Of a DNA stretch of 64,000 nt, positions 32,904 to 42,590 are shown in pieces. The notes beneath the pieces are model-generated. The model saw only the letters and a list, made by a program, of their open reading frames with translations. It did no database searches and was not told the origin of the DNA. The stretch covers positions 32,001-96,000 of the forward strand of contig JBCCQQ010000010.1 of the NCBI GenBank assembly GCA_039024555.1, written 5' to 3'. The stretch's first letter is position 1. The number at the start of each line of letters is the position of its first letter. Origin of the DNA: Cyanobacteria bacterium P01_D01_bin.156 (GTDB taxonomy: Bacteria; Cyanobacteriota; Cyanobacteriia; Phormidesmidales; Phormidesmidaceae). A program made the translations under genes and the position numbers.

Positions 32904-33266
32904 TTAAGCTGATATTGTATTTTTTGGGAGAATGCGCTGACTCCAATCCTGCGCTAATTGTGCAATCTCCTGACGTTTTTCTTCATCGTCCCACCAATCT
33001 AACCAATTTAGCTTCCAGCGACTTAGCAACCGCTGCAAGTCACTTAGTTCCAAAGCCTGTTCCAGATTCGTCTCTAAATCAATACCTGTCACTATCCATT
33101 CAATAAAAAACTGACTCTCCCTGACTAAATGTTCAAAAATAGATTCTCCTGTACCACTGCTAGCAAATATCTGAATACGAGTCAGATTCAATACAAGACT
33201 ATTTAGCTGGGTTTTTTGGTCAGTCTGAAGGAAGTGAGTTTTAAGGATTTCCCAATCTACTCCCAT
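32904..33266 (-). CDS. Hypothetical protein coupled to the DUF5674 gene
   Basis: 120 aa, ESQFFIEW motif; start overlaps the end of the upstream gene. Confidence 0.65.
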   Translation of the reverse strand: MGVDWEILKTHFLQTDQKTQLNSLVLNLTRIQIFASSGTGESIFEHLVRESQFFIEWIVTGIDLETNLEQALELSDLQRLLSRWKLNWLDWWDDEEKRQEIAQLAQDWSQRILPKNTISA

Positions 33267-33738
33267 TGCATTTCAACTCCTTCTAGAAAAGATCTGACTA
33301 TTTTCTCTATCCTTTTACGCAATTCGAGATCTTGAATTTTCATCGAACGATTGTTGGCGCTGGGACGAATATTGATAATCGATTCAAATCCTATAGATTG
33401 ATTAGTGGGGTACCAGTCGGCTCCCCAAATATTACGCTGTTCACTGCCGTCATCCAATAAAACTAGTTCACAATCGGCGTGCAATTCTCCGCCTCCGGCC
33501 AAAACTTGACGTTCAACATCCACCGCCATCTTAATGTAAATTCCTAGTGGAGCGTCAAGACTGAGATTTGGGATCGATGAGAATCGCCTTTACTACCGCT
33601 AGACCTTATCAAGAATGCGATTCACGACTCACTGAATAACTGGGTCAATCCTAATTTTTAGCTTTGACGCTCCACTAGAGCCTCAAGCATTTGATTGATT
33701 TGCTCAGGAATAGCCTGCCCTCTAATGATTACGATCAT
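33257..33738 (-). pseudogene. DUF5674 family gene interrupted by a MITE
   Basis: ATG 33738 gives MIVIIRGQAIPEQINQMLEAL; removing the insertion continues in frame as GIYIKMAVDVERQVLAGGGELHADCE... (116 aa restored). Confidence 0.85.
33544..33678. mobile_element. MITE-like element of about 130 bp
   Basis: Inverted ends CTAGTGGAGCGTCAA ... TTGACGCTCCACTAG; CTAG (or TA) target is duplicated; too short to encode a transposase. Confidence 0.85.
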
Positions 33739-33805
33739 GATTCATTGTTCTTTCCCTAGGCTAGAAATGTTTGATATTGGAAGATACGATATTGCTAAGA
33801 GAAGA

Positions 33806-35467
33806 TTATCTTTCTTTTGCAATACGCCAGCTCAATAAAATTACTGGCAATAGTCCCACCAACAAAATTACCAATGCCGGTGCTGATGCCTCTACTAATC
33901 TCTCATCAGACGCATACTGATATACCCGAACCGCCAGCGTGTCAAAATTAAATGGACGCATCACCAGCGTGGCGGGTAACTCTTTCATCACATCCACAAA
34001 CACCAGCATAATGGCCGTCAAAAGACTGCTGGTCATCAATGGCGTATGGATTTTCACTAAAGTCTGTGAGGGAGAACACCCCAAACTACGGGCCGCATCA
34101 TCGATGGTGGGACGAATTTTACTTAGACCCGACTCCACCGTACCTAGTGCCACGGCTAAAAACCTAACCAAGTAAGCAAAAATCAATGCGGTTATGGTGC
34201 CACTAAGCAACAGACCAATGTTGTTGCCCGTGGTCGCCTCTACCCAGGTCGCTAGCTTTCTATCTAGCTGGGCCACCGGGATTAAAATACCCACAGCGAT
34301 AACCGCACCAGGAACCGCATAGCCCATGGAAGCCAGACGTACCCCTAGTTCCACCGTAGGTTGCTTGGTCAGACGTTCGCCATAGCCAAGCACCAGAGCA
34401 ACAACGACGCCAATAATGGCCGTGAGGCTTGCCAAAATCAGACTGTGCTGAGCTAATTCTAGAAAGCGGTTGTCTAGGGTTTCATCTAAGTTAGTTAGGG
34501 TCATATGGGCCAACAGACTGCCGGGCAGCAGCAGACCAAGGGTGATGGGAAGACCACAGGCTAGGGTGGAGAACCAAGCGCGGATGCCCTGCAGTCTATA
34601 GGCTTGGGGACGCTGAATGCTGTTGTTGGCTTGGTAGTATTTAGCCTGACGACGCGACCAGCGCTCCAGCACAATCAAAATAAAGATAAACACCATCAGC
34701 ATGGCCGATAGCTGGGCGGCGGCTACCTGAGCTCCCATGCCAAACCAGGTGCGATAGATGCCGGTGGTAAAGGTGGTTACCCCAAAATAGTCCACGGTGC
34801 CAAAATCACTCAGGGTTTCCATCAGGGCCAGGGACAGTCCGGCTGCAATGGCAGGACGGGCCAGGGGTAGAGCCACTCGAAAAAAGCTACGCCAGGGATT
34901 GCACCCTAGGGACCGGCTGGCTTCTAGGGTGCAGGTAGATTGTTCTAAAAAGGCCACCCGCGCCAGCATGTAAACGTAGGGATAGAGGGTGAGGCTAAAC
35001 ATCGCGATCGCACCCCCAATGGATCGCACATCGGGAAACCAATAGTCGTTGACAGATTCCCAGCCAAACAGCGATCTCAGCCCGAGCTGCACCGGACCGT
35101 AGTAATCGAGCCAGTCCGTGTAGGTATAGGCCAACAAATAGGCCGGGGCCGCCAACGGCAGCAGCAGCGCCCATTCGAATATGCGACCTCCAGGAAACCG
35201 ACACATGGTCACCAGCCAAGCGGTACCAATGCCGATCGCCAATACCCCCATGCCGACACCCACCATCAAAATCAACGAATGGGTAATGTACTGACTCAAA
35301 ACCGTAGAGGCCAGGTGGCTAAATACCCCTTCACTAGGGGAAAGTACGCTGCCGAGTACCACCAAGATGGGCACTGCTACCAACAACGCAATTAGCCATA
35401 TAACGATGGTCCAGCCGTTAAGGGGGGACTGGCCTGTGGGCGTTGGCAGGACTTCGGGAGAATTCAT
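33806..35467 (-). CDS. futB: Fe(III) ABC transporter permease
   Basis: Multi-TM, EASRSLG and DAARSLG EAA loops, KELPATL. Confidence 0.92.
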   Translation of the reverse strand: MNSPEVLPTPTGQSPLNGWTIVIWLIALLVAVPILVVLGSVLSPSEGVFSHLASTVLSQYITHSLILMVGVGMGVLAIGIGTAWLVTMCRFPGGRIFEWALLLPLAAPAYLLAYTYTDWLDYYGPVQLGLRSLFGWESVNDYWFPDVRSIGGAIAMFSLTLYPYVYMLARVAFLEQSTCTLEASRSLGCNPWRSFFRVALPLARPAIAAGLSLALMETLSDFGTVDYFGVTTFTTGIYRTWFGMGAQVAAAQLSAMLMVFIFILIVLERWSRRQAKYYQANNSIQRPQAYRLQGIRAWFSTLACGLPITLGLLLPGSLLAHMTLTNLDETLDNRFLELAQHSLILASLTAIIGVVVALVLGYGERLTKQPTVELGVRLASMGYAVPGAVIAVGILIPVAQLDRKLATWVEATTGNNIGLLLSGTITALIFAYLVRFLAVALGTVESGLSKIRPTIDDAARSLGCSPSQTLVKIHTPLMTSSLLTAIMLVFVDVMKELPATLVMRPFNFDTLAVRVYQYASDERLVEASAPALVILLVGLLPVILLSWRIAKER

Positions 35468-35563
35468 AGAGTGAGCATGGGGAGATGTGCCCCATTGTCA
35501 GCCATCAACGCCCTTTGCAGCAACCAGGGTGGAGGAACTTAGGCAGGGTGAGATGATTTTTTT

Positions 35564-35618
35564 GAATTAGGAATTAGGAAGTCGGAATTAGGAAAGGGGG
35601 ATTCCGAACTCCGAACTC
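35564..35618. repeat. Heptamer tandem repeats with inverted partner (STRR-like)
   Basis: GAATTAG GAATTAG GAAGTCG GAATTAG ... TTCCGAAC TCCGAAC. Confidence 0.7.
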
Positions 35619-35625
35619 TTCTATC

Positions 35626-36753
35626 ATGATCCCAGCACAATCGGAACTCTTCTCCATGACGGCAAAGCGGGTTTTAATCATTGGTGGCAGTGGCCGCATC
35701 GGTCGTAGTGTGGCAGCCGACTTGTTATGCCACACGGATGTGACCATGACCCTAACGGGCAGACGTTACCAACCGACTTTTGAACTATCTTCTCGACAGC
35801 GTTACCAGAGTTTATCTCTAGAGGATCATCCAGCGTTACAGCAGGCGATCGCAGCCCATGACTTAGTGATCCACTGCGCTGGTCCCTTTCGCATCCGAGA
35901 GTTAACGGTGCTGATCCAGTGCATTCAACAGGGTACGCCCTATGTTGATGTGGCCGATAGCCCGGATTATGTTAGTGAGGCCCTGGCCCTAGGAGAGAGT
36001 GCAAAGGCGGCTGGAGTGACCTGTATTGTTAGCACCGGAGTATTCCCTGGCATTTCTAACAGTATGGTGCGCCAGGGAATTGAACGGCTTGATTCTGCAG
36101 AAGATGTGCACCTGAGTTATTTGGTGGCCGGTTCGGGCGGAGCGGGAGTAACGGTAATGCGCACCACGTTTATTGAACTACAGACACCGTTTCAGGCCAA
36201 GGTGAACGGTGAGTGTGTGTGGATTCAGCCCTATTGCGATCGCGAAGTGCTACCGTTTCCTGACCCTTATAACCAAGGAGCCGGTGTGTATTGGTTTAAC
36301 ACCGTGGAAGCATTTACCCTGACTCGTTCCTTTCCCCAGCTCCAGAGTGTTATTACAAAATTTGGTTCTCTCCCCGATGGGTACAATCGCTTGACTGGGC
36401 TAATGACACACTTGCCCCCTAGCTGGTTAAAAAATTCAACCGTAGTGGAGTTTTTGTCCCAGGTGAGTTATGCCATGACCCAAGTTAGCGATCGCTTTAG
36501 CGGTACTGGCATTGCCATGCGTCTAGCTATTCAAGGACATCGCCACGGTGTGCCCGCCACCTATCTGGCAACTGCCACTCACCCCGATACGGCTGCCACC
36601 GCTGGGTATGGCACCGGTAGTGTGGCCCAGCTAATCTTAGACGGTCGGCTGGTACAACCAGGAGTATGGCCAGTGGAACAAGCCCTATCGACGTCCCTAT
36701 TTGAAGAGACATTGGCAGAGCGACAGTTCTCGATTAGCAGTGCTTTTGAATAA
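35626..36753 (+). CDS. Saccharopine dehydrogenase-like oxidoreductase
   Basis: GGSGRIG Rossmann motif, HCAGPF, GVFPGISN. Alternative start 35656. Confidence 0.85.
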   Translation: MIPAQSELFSMTAKRVLIIGGSGRIGRSVAADLLCHTDVTMTLTGRRYQPTFELSSRQRYQSLSLEDHPALQQAIAAHDLVIHCAGPFRIRELTVLIQCIQQGTPYVDVADSPDYVSEALALGESAKAAGVTCIVSTGVFPGISNSMVRQGIERLDSAEDVHLSYLVAGSGGAGVTVMRTTFIELQTPFQAKVNGECVWIQPYCDREVLPFPDPYNQGAGVYWFNTVEAFTLTRSFPQLQSVITKFGSLPDGYNRLTGLMTHLPPSWLKNSTVVEFLSQVSYAMTQVSDRFSGTGIAMRLAIQGHRHGVPATYLATATHPDTAATAGYGTGSVAQLILDGRLVQPGVWPVEQALSTSLFEETLAERQFSISSAFE

Positions 36754-36756
36754 CTT

Positions 36757-36799
36757 CAATGCTGGTTTAGGGCAGTGCTGGTTTAGGGCAATGCTGGTT
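36757..36799. repeat. 16-bp tandem repeat, about 2.7 copies
   Basis: CAATGCTGGTTTAGGG CAGTGCTGGTTTAGGG CAATGCTGGTT fills the gap between convergent genes. Confidence 0.75.
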
Positions 36800-37962
36800 C
36801 AAGACATGCTCAATACAGGAGCCAAAGATACGTACTTCATCCAAGCGCGCATGGCATATTGCACGTAGTCTATGCGTACTTCTGTAGCTCGTTGGTTAAA
36901 AGCAATTGCAGCAGCTCGTCTTGAGCGCAATGGCCCTACAGCTCTAGGAATTGCTCCAGCCCACTCTCCATCACGAATTTGAGCCTGTAGCAGAAAGTTG
37001 ATTCCTCGCCGTACGGCACAGTGGATTTGTTTCGTCAGTCTAGTGTTGACTGGCAAAAAAGTTAATGCTGCCAACAACCCTTCTATCCAGGCAGCCGTTG
37101 GTAACGTAACTCCATCTTTTGAAAATCCTCCACTGTAGTGAGGTTGCCTAGGAGTATCAATCTGTTGTCGTAGTAACAGTTCACAAACCCGAGTGGCATA
37201 GGCGACTAACAACTCTTTAGGCATCGGCATCCCAACTTTAGAGTTGAACGAGAGTAGTTTAGATATCGCTAATAATGTCCACGGATTGATATCCGCCATT
37301 GATGCAGGCTTTCCATGGCGAACAAGACTCTCTAGGGCCACACAGGCTGTTTCTAACCAAATACTGTAACGATCTTTTTCATGGAGCATCAGTAGTCCCA
37401 GCGTAGCTTCCATGGGATAGTGCTTGAGAGATTGAGGCCTCTTTTTACCTCCAAATAGTGGAATATAGCGAGCATAAAAACTCTTATCTCCCTGCTGCAT
37501 ATAGACAATAAAGCGCCCCAGAGCTTGTAAATATTCGATGGATACAACCTCTTTTTGTATTGTATGCAAGCTTAAGAAAGCCAACAAACCTGTTCCTGCT
37601 CCATCTAGCCCTGCCTGCAGGGGGCGAGTGGTATTGTGCATTTCAGGTCTTGCCCAAACTGCTAGAGTTGTTTGGGATCCTGGAATCGGTTGAACAGCTT
37701 CTTTAGATAGATAATTGGCAGACGTTTTGACCGCCCTACGTACATTTTCACTGGGACAATACTGGTTATATAGAGAAAGGGCATACACACAGCCTGCATG
37801 GTGCAGTATGTTATATTTTGGCCTAAGTTTTACACCAGAATTAGTATTAATACGATATCTAAACATCCCATTTTTCTGCAGGTTGTTTATTAGATAGCCA
37901 GCTGCTTGATCTATTGCCCCCTGAACGACGTCGATTTGCACAGTCGTTTCTACTTTCAGCAT
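36799..37962 (-). CDS. Alpha/alpha-toroid (six-hairpin glycosidase/prenyltransferase-like) hypothetical protein
   Basis: GMFRY, YNILHHAG, FIVYMQ, FLLQAQI, VRIDYVQ motifs. Confidence 0.55.
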   Translation of the reverse strand: MLKVETTVQIDVVQGAIDQAAGYLINNLQKNGMFRYRINTNSGVKLRPKYNILHHAGCVYALSLYNQYCPSENVRRAVKTSANYLSKEAVQPIPGSQTTLAVWARPEMHNTTRPLQAGLDGAGTGLLAFLSLHTIQKEVVSIEYLQALGRFIVYMQQGDKSFYARYIPLFGGKKRPQSLKHYPMEATLGLLMLHEKDRYSIWLETACVALESLVRHGKPASMADINPWTLLAISKLLSFNSKVGMPMPKELLVAYATRVCELLLRQQIDTPRQPHYSGGFSKDGVTLPTAAWIEGLLAALTFLPVNTRLTKQIHCAVRRGINFLLQAQIRDGEWAGAIPRAVGPLRSRRAAAIAFNQRATEVRIDYVQYAMRAWMKYVSLAPVLSMS

Positions 37963-38138
37963 GTCAACAGCACCGTTTCATTAATGTAGTACTCTATTTG
38001 TTGCCAAAACGAGTGTTACATTAACGGTTACATTATAGGCTTTTCATAAAGTTTTGATAAAGCTCTTTAAAGAACACCTCTATCAGAAACTAAGGACAGT
38101 CCCTACTACAACTAAAAAAATTAGACTACTTAGGAAGT

Positions 38139-39398
38139 CTAGTCCATCACTCTGGGGGTATAGTTCACCCAAGGGGCATTAAGCGCTAGGGCCACATTCA
38201 TGTATTCAAAAGATTCCACGAGCCACCCTACTCGATCGAGGGTACATGACTCCTGAATGTGAAACAAAATACCAAAGCGATCTTCAAACCACGAGCGAAT
38301 CGTACGTCTAAATAAGACAAGCTTTAACAAAACAGCGGTTACAACTTTGGCCCCAACGGTTTCAACCAACCGCTTAAAATGCGCCATTTCAGGTCGCTCT
38401 ATGGTGTTGCTTACCAGTAGCTTGAGCAACCGAGTACACATTTGAGTAATGGAAATATCTGTAAGGGGAGTTGTTGTTTGCCCCGCAGAACTCACCAGAA
38501 CCTCCTTGACCAGTTTACTAAACCGGTTGTTCTGATAGCGCTCGTCCACATGCACCAGGGGTTCCATAACGTACTTGTAAAACGGCTCCACAAAGTCTCC
38601 CGTGGTTCGAAACTGAGTTACCCCACCTTCAAAAATCTGGGCTTGGTGCCGATAGCCATTCCGCCGCTGAGGGTGATACAACCCAATCGCTTCTCGCAGT
38701 TTTCTATGCTCTAACCGGGAGGGGTTAACGGCTTGGTCAAGATTGCCTTGACGCTGGGCTTGCCAGTAATGAGTCAGCTGTTGATTCAGCTGCTGAGCCT
38801 TTTTCTGACGCTGCAGCTGAATACTTTCACGCTGGCGCACGGGAATATCGCGGGTCGCTGCTACAGACTCATAGATAAAGAAGTAATCCTTAAAGCAATC
38901 ACCAAAGGTAACGACTTTCTCCTCTACCTCGTCATTTAAAAGACGCATCTGACGCTGTAGCGGGACATACAAATGCTCACTATTTGCATAGTCCGCCATA
39001 GCCTTGACCAACTGCTTGACCTGACGCCCGGTGGGCTGGCGCTCTGGCAGATGAGTGGCTCGTTCTACTAAAAATCTGAGGTCTGCGTGGCGGTGAGCCT
39101 CCATACGCCAGGGATTACCAATGGTGTAGAAGCATCGGTTAATCACATAGGGCAAAATTTTGTCTGCCTCTGGCGAATCCAGAATATTCATCAGTGCATT
39201 ACGCACAGATCTGGGATCAAATTCGGTAAATTCAAACTCTGTACAGCTGACCGTACCCTGGAAGAAAAGACTGTAAAACGCATCAGTAGCAAGTTTTGAA
39301 TCTTTTAATCGGGATAGACAGCGAACGTAGCTATACACCTCACGTTCGGCCCGAGTTACTGGGCGATTTGCAAAAAATTCTCCGGCGTTAGAGTACAT
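38139..39398 (-). CDS. Conserved cyanobacterial hypothetical protein
   Basis: 419-aa ORF; INRCFY.IGNPW, LLKLVL, RFGILF, WLVESFE..NVAL. Confidence 0.7.
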   Translation of the reverse strand: MYSNAGEFFANRPVTRAEREVYSYVRCLSRLKDSKLATDAFYSLFFQGTVSCTEFEFTEFDPRSVRNALMNILDSPEADKILPYVINRCFYTIGNPWRMEAHRHADLRFLVERATHLPERQPTGRQVKQLVKAMADYANSEHLYVPLQRQMRLLNDEVEEKVVTFGDCFKDYFFIYESVAATRDIPVRQRESIQLQRQKKAQQLNQQLTHYWQAQRQGNLDQAVNPSRLEHRKLREAIGLYHPQRRNGYRHQAQIFEGGVTQFRTTGDFVEPFYKYVMEPLVHVDERYQNNRFSKLVKEVLVSSAGQTTTPLTDISITQMCTRLLKLLVSNTIERPEMAHFKRLVETVGAKVVTAVLLKLVLFRRTIRSWFEDRFGILFHIQESCTLDRVGWLVESFEYMNVALALNAPWVNYTPRVMD

Positions 39399-39546
39399 CG
39401 AAAGATTGGATCCCTTTGGAATCTGTTCTTAAAACAGTCTACGTAATTGATAGCGCAAAATATACTTAAGATCCAGTCTGATTCAGTGATTTTCAGGACT
39501 GTATCAAAAATTCATCAAAAAAGTTTGGGATACTGAGCTGCCAAAA

Positions 39547-42288
39547 TTACTTAATAGTGCCTCCTAATCGCTGTATAGAGAGGAGTTCATCGTTTGAAAA
39601 CCCCTGATTGTGGTAAAAAATGTAGCCTCTGTATTGATCCAGATCACTGACGGTCTCCCACACCCTCAAACACTGCTGATGTTCAAGGTCCCAAAGGCTC
39701 ACTGTGTGAGTGTTTTGGCACAGTAACCACTGGCCATCATTGCTAATGGAGAGAGCATAGGGAAGAGTCGGTAGCACGACACTTTTTTCCGAGACGGGCA
39801 ACCGGTGGTGCCATATATCTACCCTGTGATCTACGTCACACAGTGCTAAATATAAACCGTTTTCACTAAAAGCGGCTTTATGGGGTTGGCAGGCGACCTC
39901 TAACTGTTCGATATGAGGGGCCATAGAGTCTTCGGGTGAGGTCTGTTCAATGGGGGTAAATGAGCGTACGACTACCTCAGGATTCGAAGTTTGATAGTCA
40001 TCATTGACCACCGCTTCAACCACCTGTAGCTCAACATCGTTCCAGCCAAAGGCAAGAAAATGCCCGTAAGGATTTAGAGGCAGGGTCGCTTTTTGAGCCG
40101 TGTAGCTGTCGGCTCTAAGATTTCGATGCCAGATCCGAATTAGATTATTGTGGTCGTGTCCGGCTAGCACCTTACCATCAGGGCTAAATGCCAGGTGCCT
40201 GACAATGTTGGTGAGTTCGGGTAAGGGCGTACCTGCAGTGTCTTCCCACATGAGGTCCCAGAGATAAACCTGCCCACTGCTCACCCCGGCTGCAATTAAA
40301 TTGCTGTCTGCTCTTAGACTAGTGCTACAAATAGCTGCCTCACTGGAGAGGTTATCGTAGGCTTGTTCGTTAACAGTTAAATTATCCCAAATGTGGAGAG
40401 TCTGGTCTCCTAGCGTTACCACTAACCGATTATCCTGAGTGATGGCGATATCGTTGATGGGGACTCCTAAATCTTGACACCATTCTAGGGTGAACCGTTG
40501 TTGAGTCTGCTGATAAACTTGCAGCCAACCTTGTTCATCGCCAATGGCGACAACGTTCCCTTGGGGATGCAAGGCTGAGACGGTCGTGCCCTGTAATCCT
40601 GTCATTAAGGCGGTGTTGTTGAGCTGACAGTCGCGAAAAGTATATGGCTGTAGCTGGGGACTACTTAAATTTACGTGCCACAGTGTTAATCCTGCCCAGA
40701 TGTCTTCTGGCAGCTTGAGGTTGAGGTGGTTGGCTAAGTTCAGCAGGTTGCCAGCGGCACAGCTTTGGGGCTGTTTTGGAAATATGATCAGTTGACGTAA
40801 CAGGCGATTAATTTTCTCCCCTAGGGCATTCGCCAAATGGGTTTGTTGAAGAGCGTTAGCTACAGGCTCTAGAAGATACTGTTTAAGTTCTCGTTGAGAG
40901 TCAGTGGGGGCATTGGGGATAATAAAGGGATATCTGTGAAACAGCGTTAGCTCTTCGCTGGTCAGCTCTTGTAAAAAGATGGTTTGTAGTTTCTCTAGTA
41001 GATATAGACGAAAATAGCCTGTATTGAGCTGACACAACCCTTCTTTTTCGGAATAAAACTCCAGAAAATGTCGCCGGTGCAGTTTACCCCAAGCTTGCAT
41101 GAGCTGGGGCTGGGTAAATGGCAGTATTAGGGGCCATTCTCTTATTTGAGTCCAAGAAAGGGGACGAAAGACTAGCCAATATAATAGCTCCTGTTCAGTC
41201 TCTGAGTGAGCTGCAAATATCTGTTCAAAATAGCTGGTTATGCTAGGCGACAGGGGTAAAAGATTCGTGATAAATTGCTCAATCTGATTGGCGTAGAAAG
41301 ACTTTAAGGTTTCCACACTCTTATGTATAAGGCTAGGGTTTCCACCGCATAGTGCATGTAGCTTTTCCCAAGCAGCTGCTTGTTGAGCTAGGGAAGACTC
41401 TAAATAGGGATAAAATTTAATTAACAGTGCCTTTGTGTCAGCAAATGAAAGACCGGTTACGGTTTCAATGGGAATTTGTTGGTCAAGATTGGTGGGTTGA
41501 ACGGCGGTTATCCATAGCACACAGCTTTTGGTGCTGACTGTTGTTGTAATCTCTCGAAGAAATGTTTGATAGTCAGGGTCGTCAAGGAAACGCTCGCCCT
41601 GTTCAATCAGAATCAGGCATGGATGCTGGTTGAGAGTTTGAATCACCTGTTGACGACTTTGCTCTAGATTAGGGCTGGATGTTATGTCATTGTCTGGGGG
41701 AGCAAGTTTCTGATGCCAGGTGAGCCAACTGGGGGATTCGTAAAATGAATGGCGAATTATCTTGGAAAATAGTTTGTTGAGCTCTGGCTCTAGGGTTTGT
41801 AGTAAGTGACTTTTCCCAATGCCGCTGCCCCCTGTCAGTACAACCAGGGGACTACTGCGATCGCAAAGGGTATCTAGCAGCTGCGATCGCACTCCCGACT
41901 CTATTTCCACCGCTGATCTAACAGGTGTAGCATCCCCCTCAGGTGTGGCTATCAAAGAAAAAGAAGAGGAAGCGATCCCTTGGGAGAGCTGTCTGTAGTC
42001 TCTGTAACGGCGCTCGGCGATTTCTTTAAATTTAGGTTTAGTGACCTTATCTTCTTCTGGCCATACTTTACCTAAAAATCTCCATAGCTTAAATCCAATT
42101 TCTCGGTGTAGAGTCTTTGGCGAATAAACTATGCTAGATTGAGCCATGCGTCTAGCCATTTCGCTGTAGGACAATCCTTCCCAAGTCCAGCGCAGAATGG
42201 CCTGCTCGGCATCCGTTAACGGACGTTCCCCATAGGATTGCACACAGTCATTGACATAGGCTAAGACATCCTCAAAGTCGAACTCCAT
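39547..42288 (-). CDS. wHTH - STAND (NB-ARC-like) NTPase - divergent WD40 protein
   Basis: N-terminal LTDAEQAILRWTWEGLSYSEMA...GFKLW, Walker A GGSGIGKS, GGNP, AAGNLLNL, degenerate WD repeats. ATG 42288 is preferred over 42309. Confidence 0.82.
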   Translation of the reverse strand: MEFDFEDVLAYVNDCVQSYGERPLTDAEQAILRWTWEGLSYSEMARRMAQSSIVYSPKTLHREIGFKLWRFLGKVWPEEDKVTKPKFKEIAERRYRDYRQLSQGIASSSFSLIATPEGDATPVRSAVEIESGVRSQLLDTLCDRSSPLVVLTGGSGIGKSHLLQTLEPELNKLFSKIIRHSFYESPSWLTWHQKLAPPDNDITSSPNLEQSRQQVIQTLNQHPCLILIEQGERFLDDPDYQTFLREITTTVSTKSCVLWITAVQPTNLDQQIPIETVTGLSFADTKALLIKFYPYLESSLAQQAAAWEKLHALCGGNPSLIHKSVETLKSFYANQIEQFITNLLPLSPSITSYFEQIFAAHSETEQELLYWLVFRPLSWTQIREWPLILPFTQPQLMQAWGKLHRRHFLEFYSEKEGLCQLNTGYFRLYLLEKLQTIFLQELTSEELTLFHRYPFIIPNAPTDSQRELKQYLLEPVANALQQTHLANALGEKINRLLRQLIIFPKQPQSCAAGNLLNLANHLNLKLPEDIWAGLTLWHVNLSSPQLQPYTFRDCQLNNTALMTGLQGTTVSALHPQGNVVAIGDEQGWLQVYQQTQQRFTLEWCQDLGVPINDIAITQDNRLVVTLGDQTLHIWDNLTVNEQAYDNLSSEAAICSTSLRADSNLIAAGVSSGQVYLWDLMWEDTAGTPLPELTNIVRHLAFSPDGKVLAGHDHNNLIRIWHRNLRADSYTAQKATLPLNPYGHFLAFGWNDVELQVVEAVVNDDYQTSNPEVVVRSFTPIEQTSPEDSMAPHIEQLEVACQPHKAAFSENGLYLALCDVDHRVDIWHHRLPVSEKSVVLPTLPYALSISNDGQWLLCQNTHTVSLWDLEHQQCLRVWETVSDLDQYRGYIFYHNQGFSNDELLSIQRLGGTIK

Positions 42289-42337
42289 AGATTCACGGTA
42301 AACGCACACAACCCTTACATATTGAGGAGCTTACCGT

Positions 42338-42536
42338 AAGTCATATGACTTTTTTGTGACTATATGACTTTTTTTATGACTTCTTTAACCTCTCTAGGTC
42401 CTGACTTTTTATAAAAGTCAGTTGATGGTCAATGACTTTTTATGACTTATGGGTTTGAGAAAATCTCAAATCCATGACTCAGACAGATGACTTTAAGCGG
42501 ACTAATCAGACTTTTCCCTTGTCATCATGTAGTCAT
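42338..42536. promoter_or_regulatory. Array of TGACTT boxes in a divergent promoter
   Basis: Nine exact TGACTT (7 on +, 2 on -) in 42338-42493 plus variants, including two palindromic pairs. Confidence 0.7.
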
Positions 42537-42590
42537 CGAGCTTAACGCTTTGATGCATGTAGCACATTTATAAATCAGGGAAATCAACCC

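Noticed and set aside
36757..36799. 16-bp repeats as a mini-CRISPR
   Set aside because: Directly tandem with no spacers.
42338..42536. CRISPR or iteron interpretation of the TGACTT array
   Set aside because: Units are only 6-7 bp, irregularly spaced and in both orientations; no cas or rep gene is nearby.
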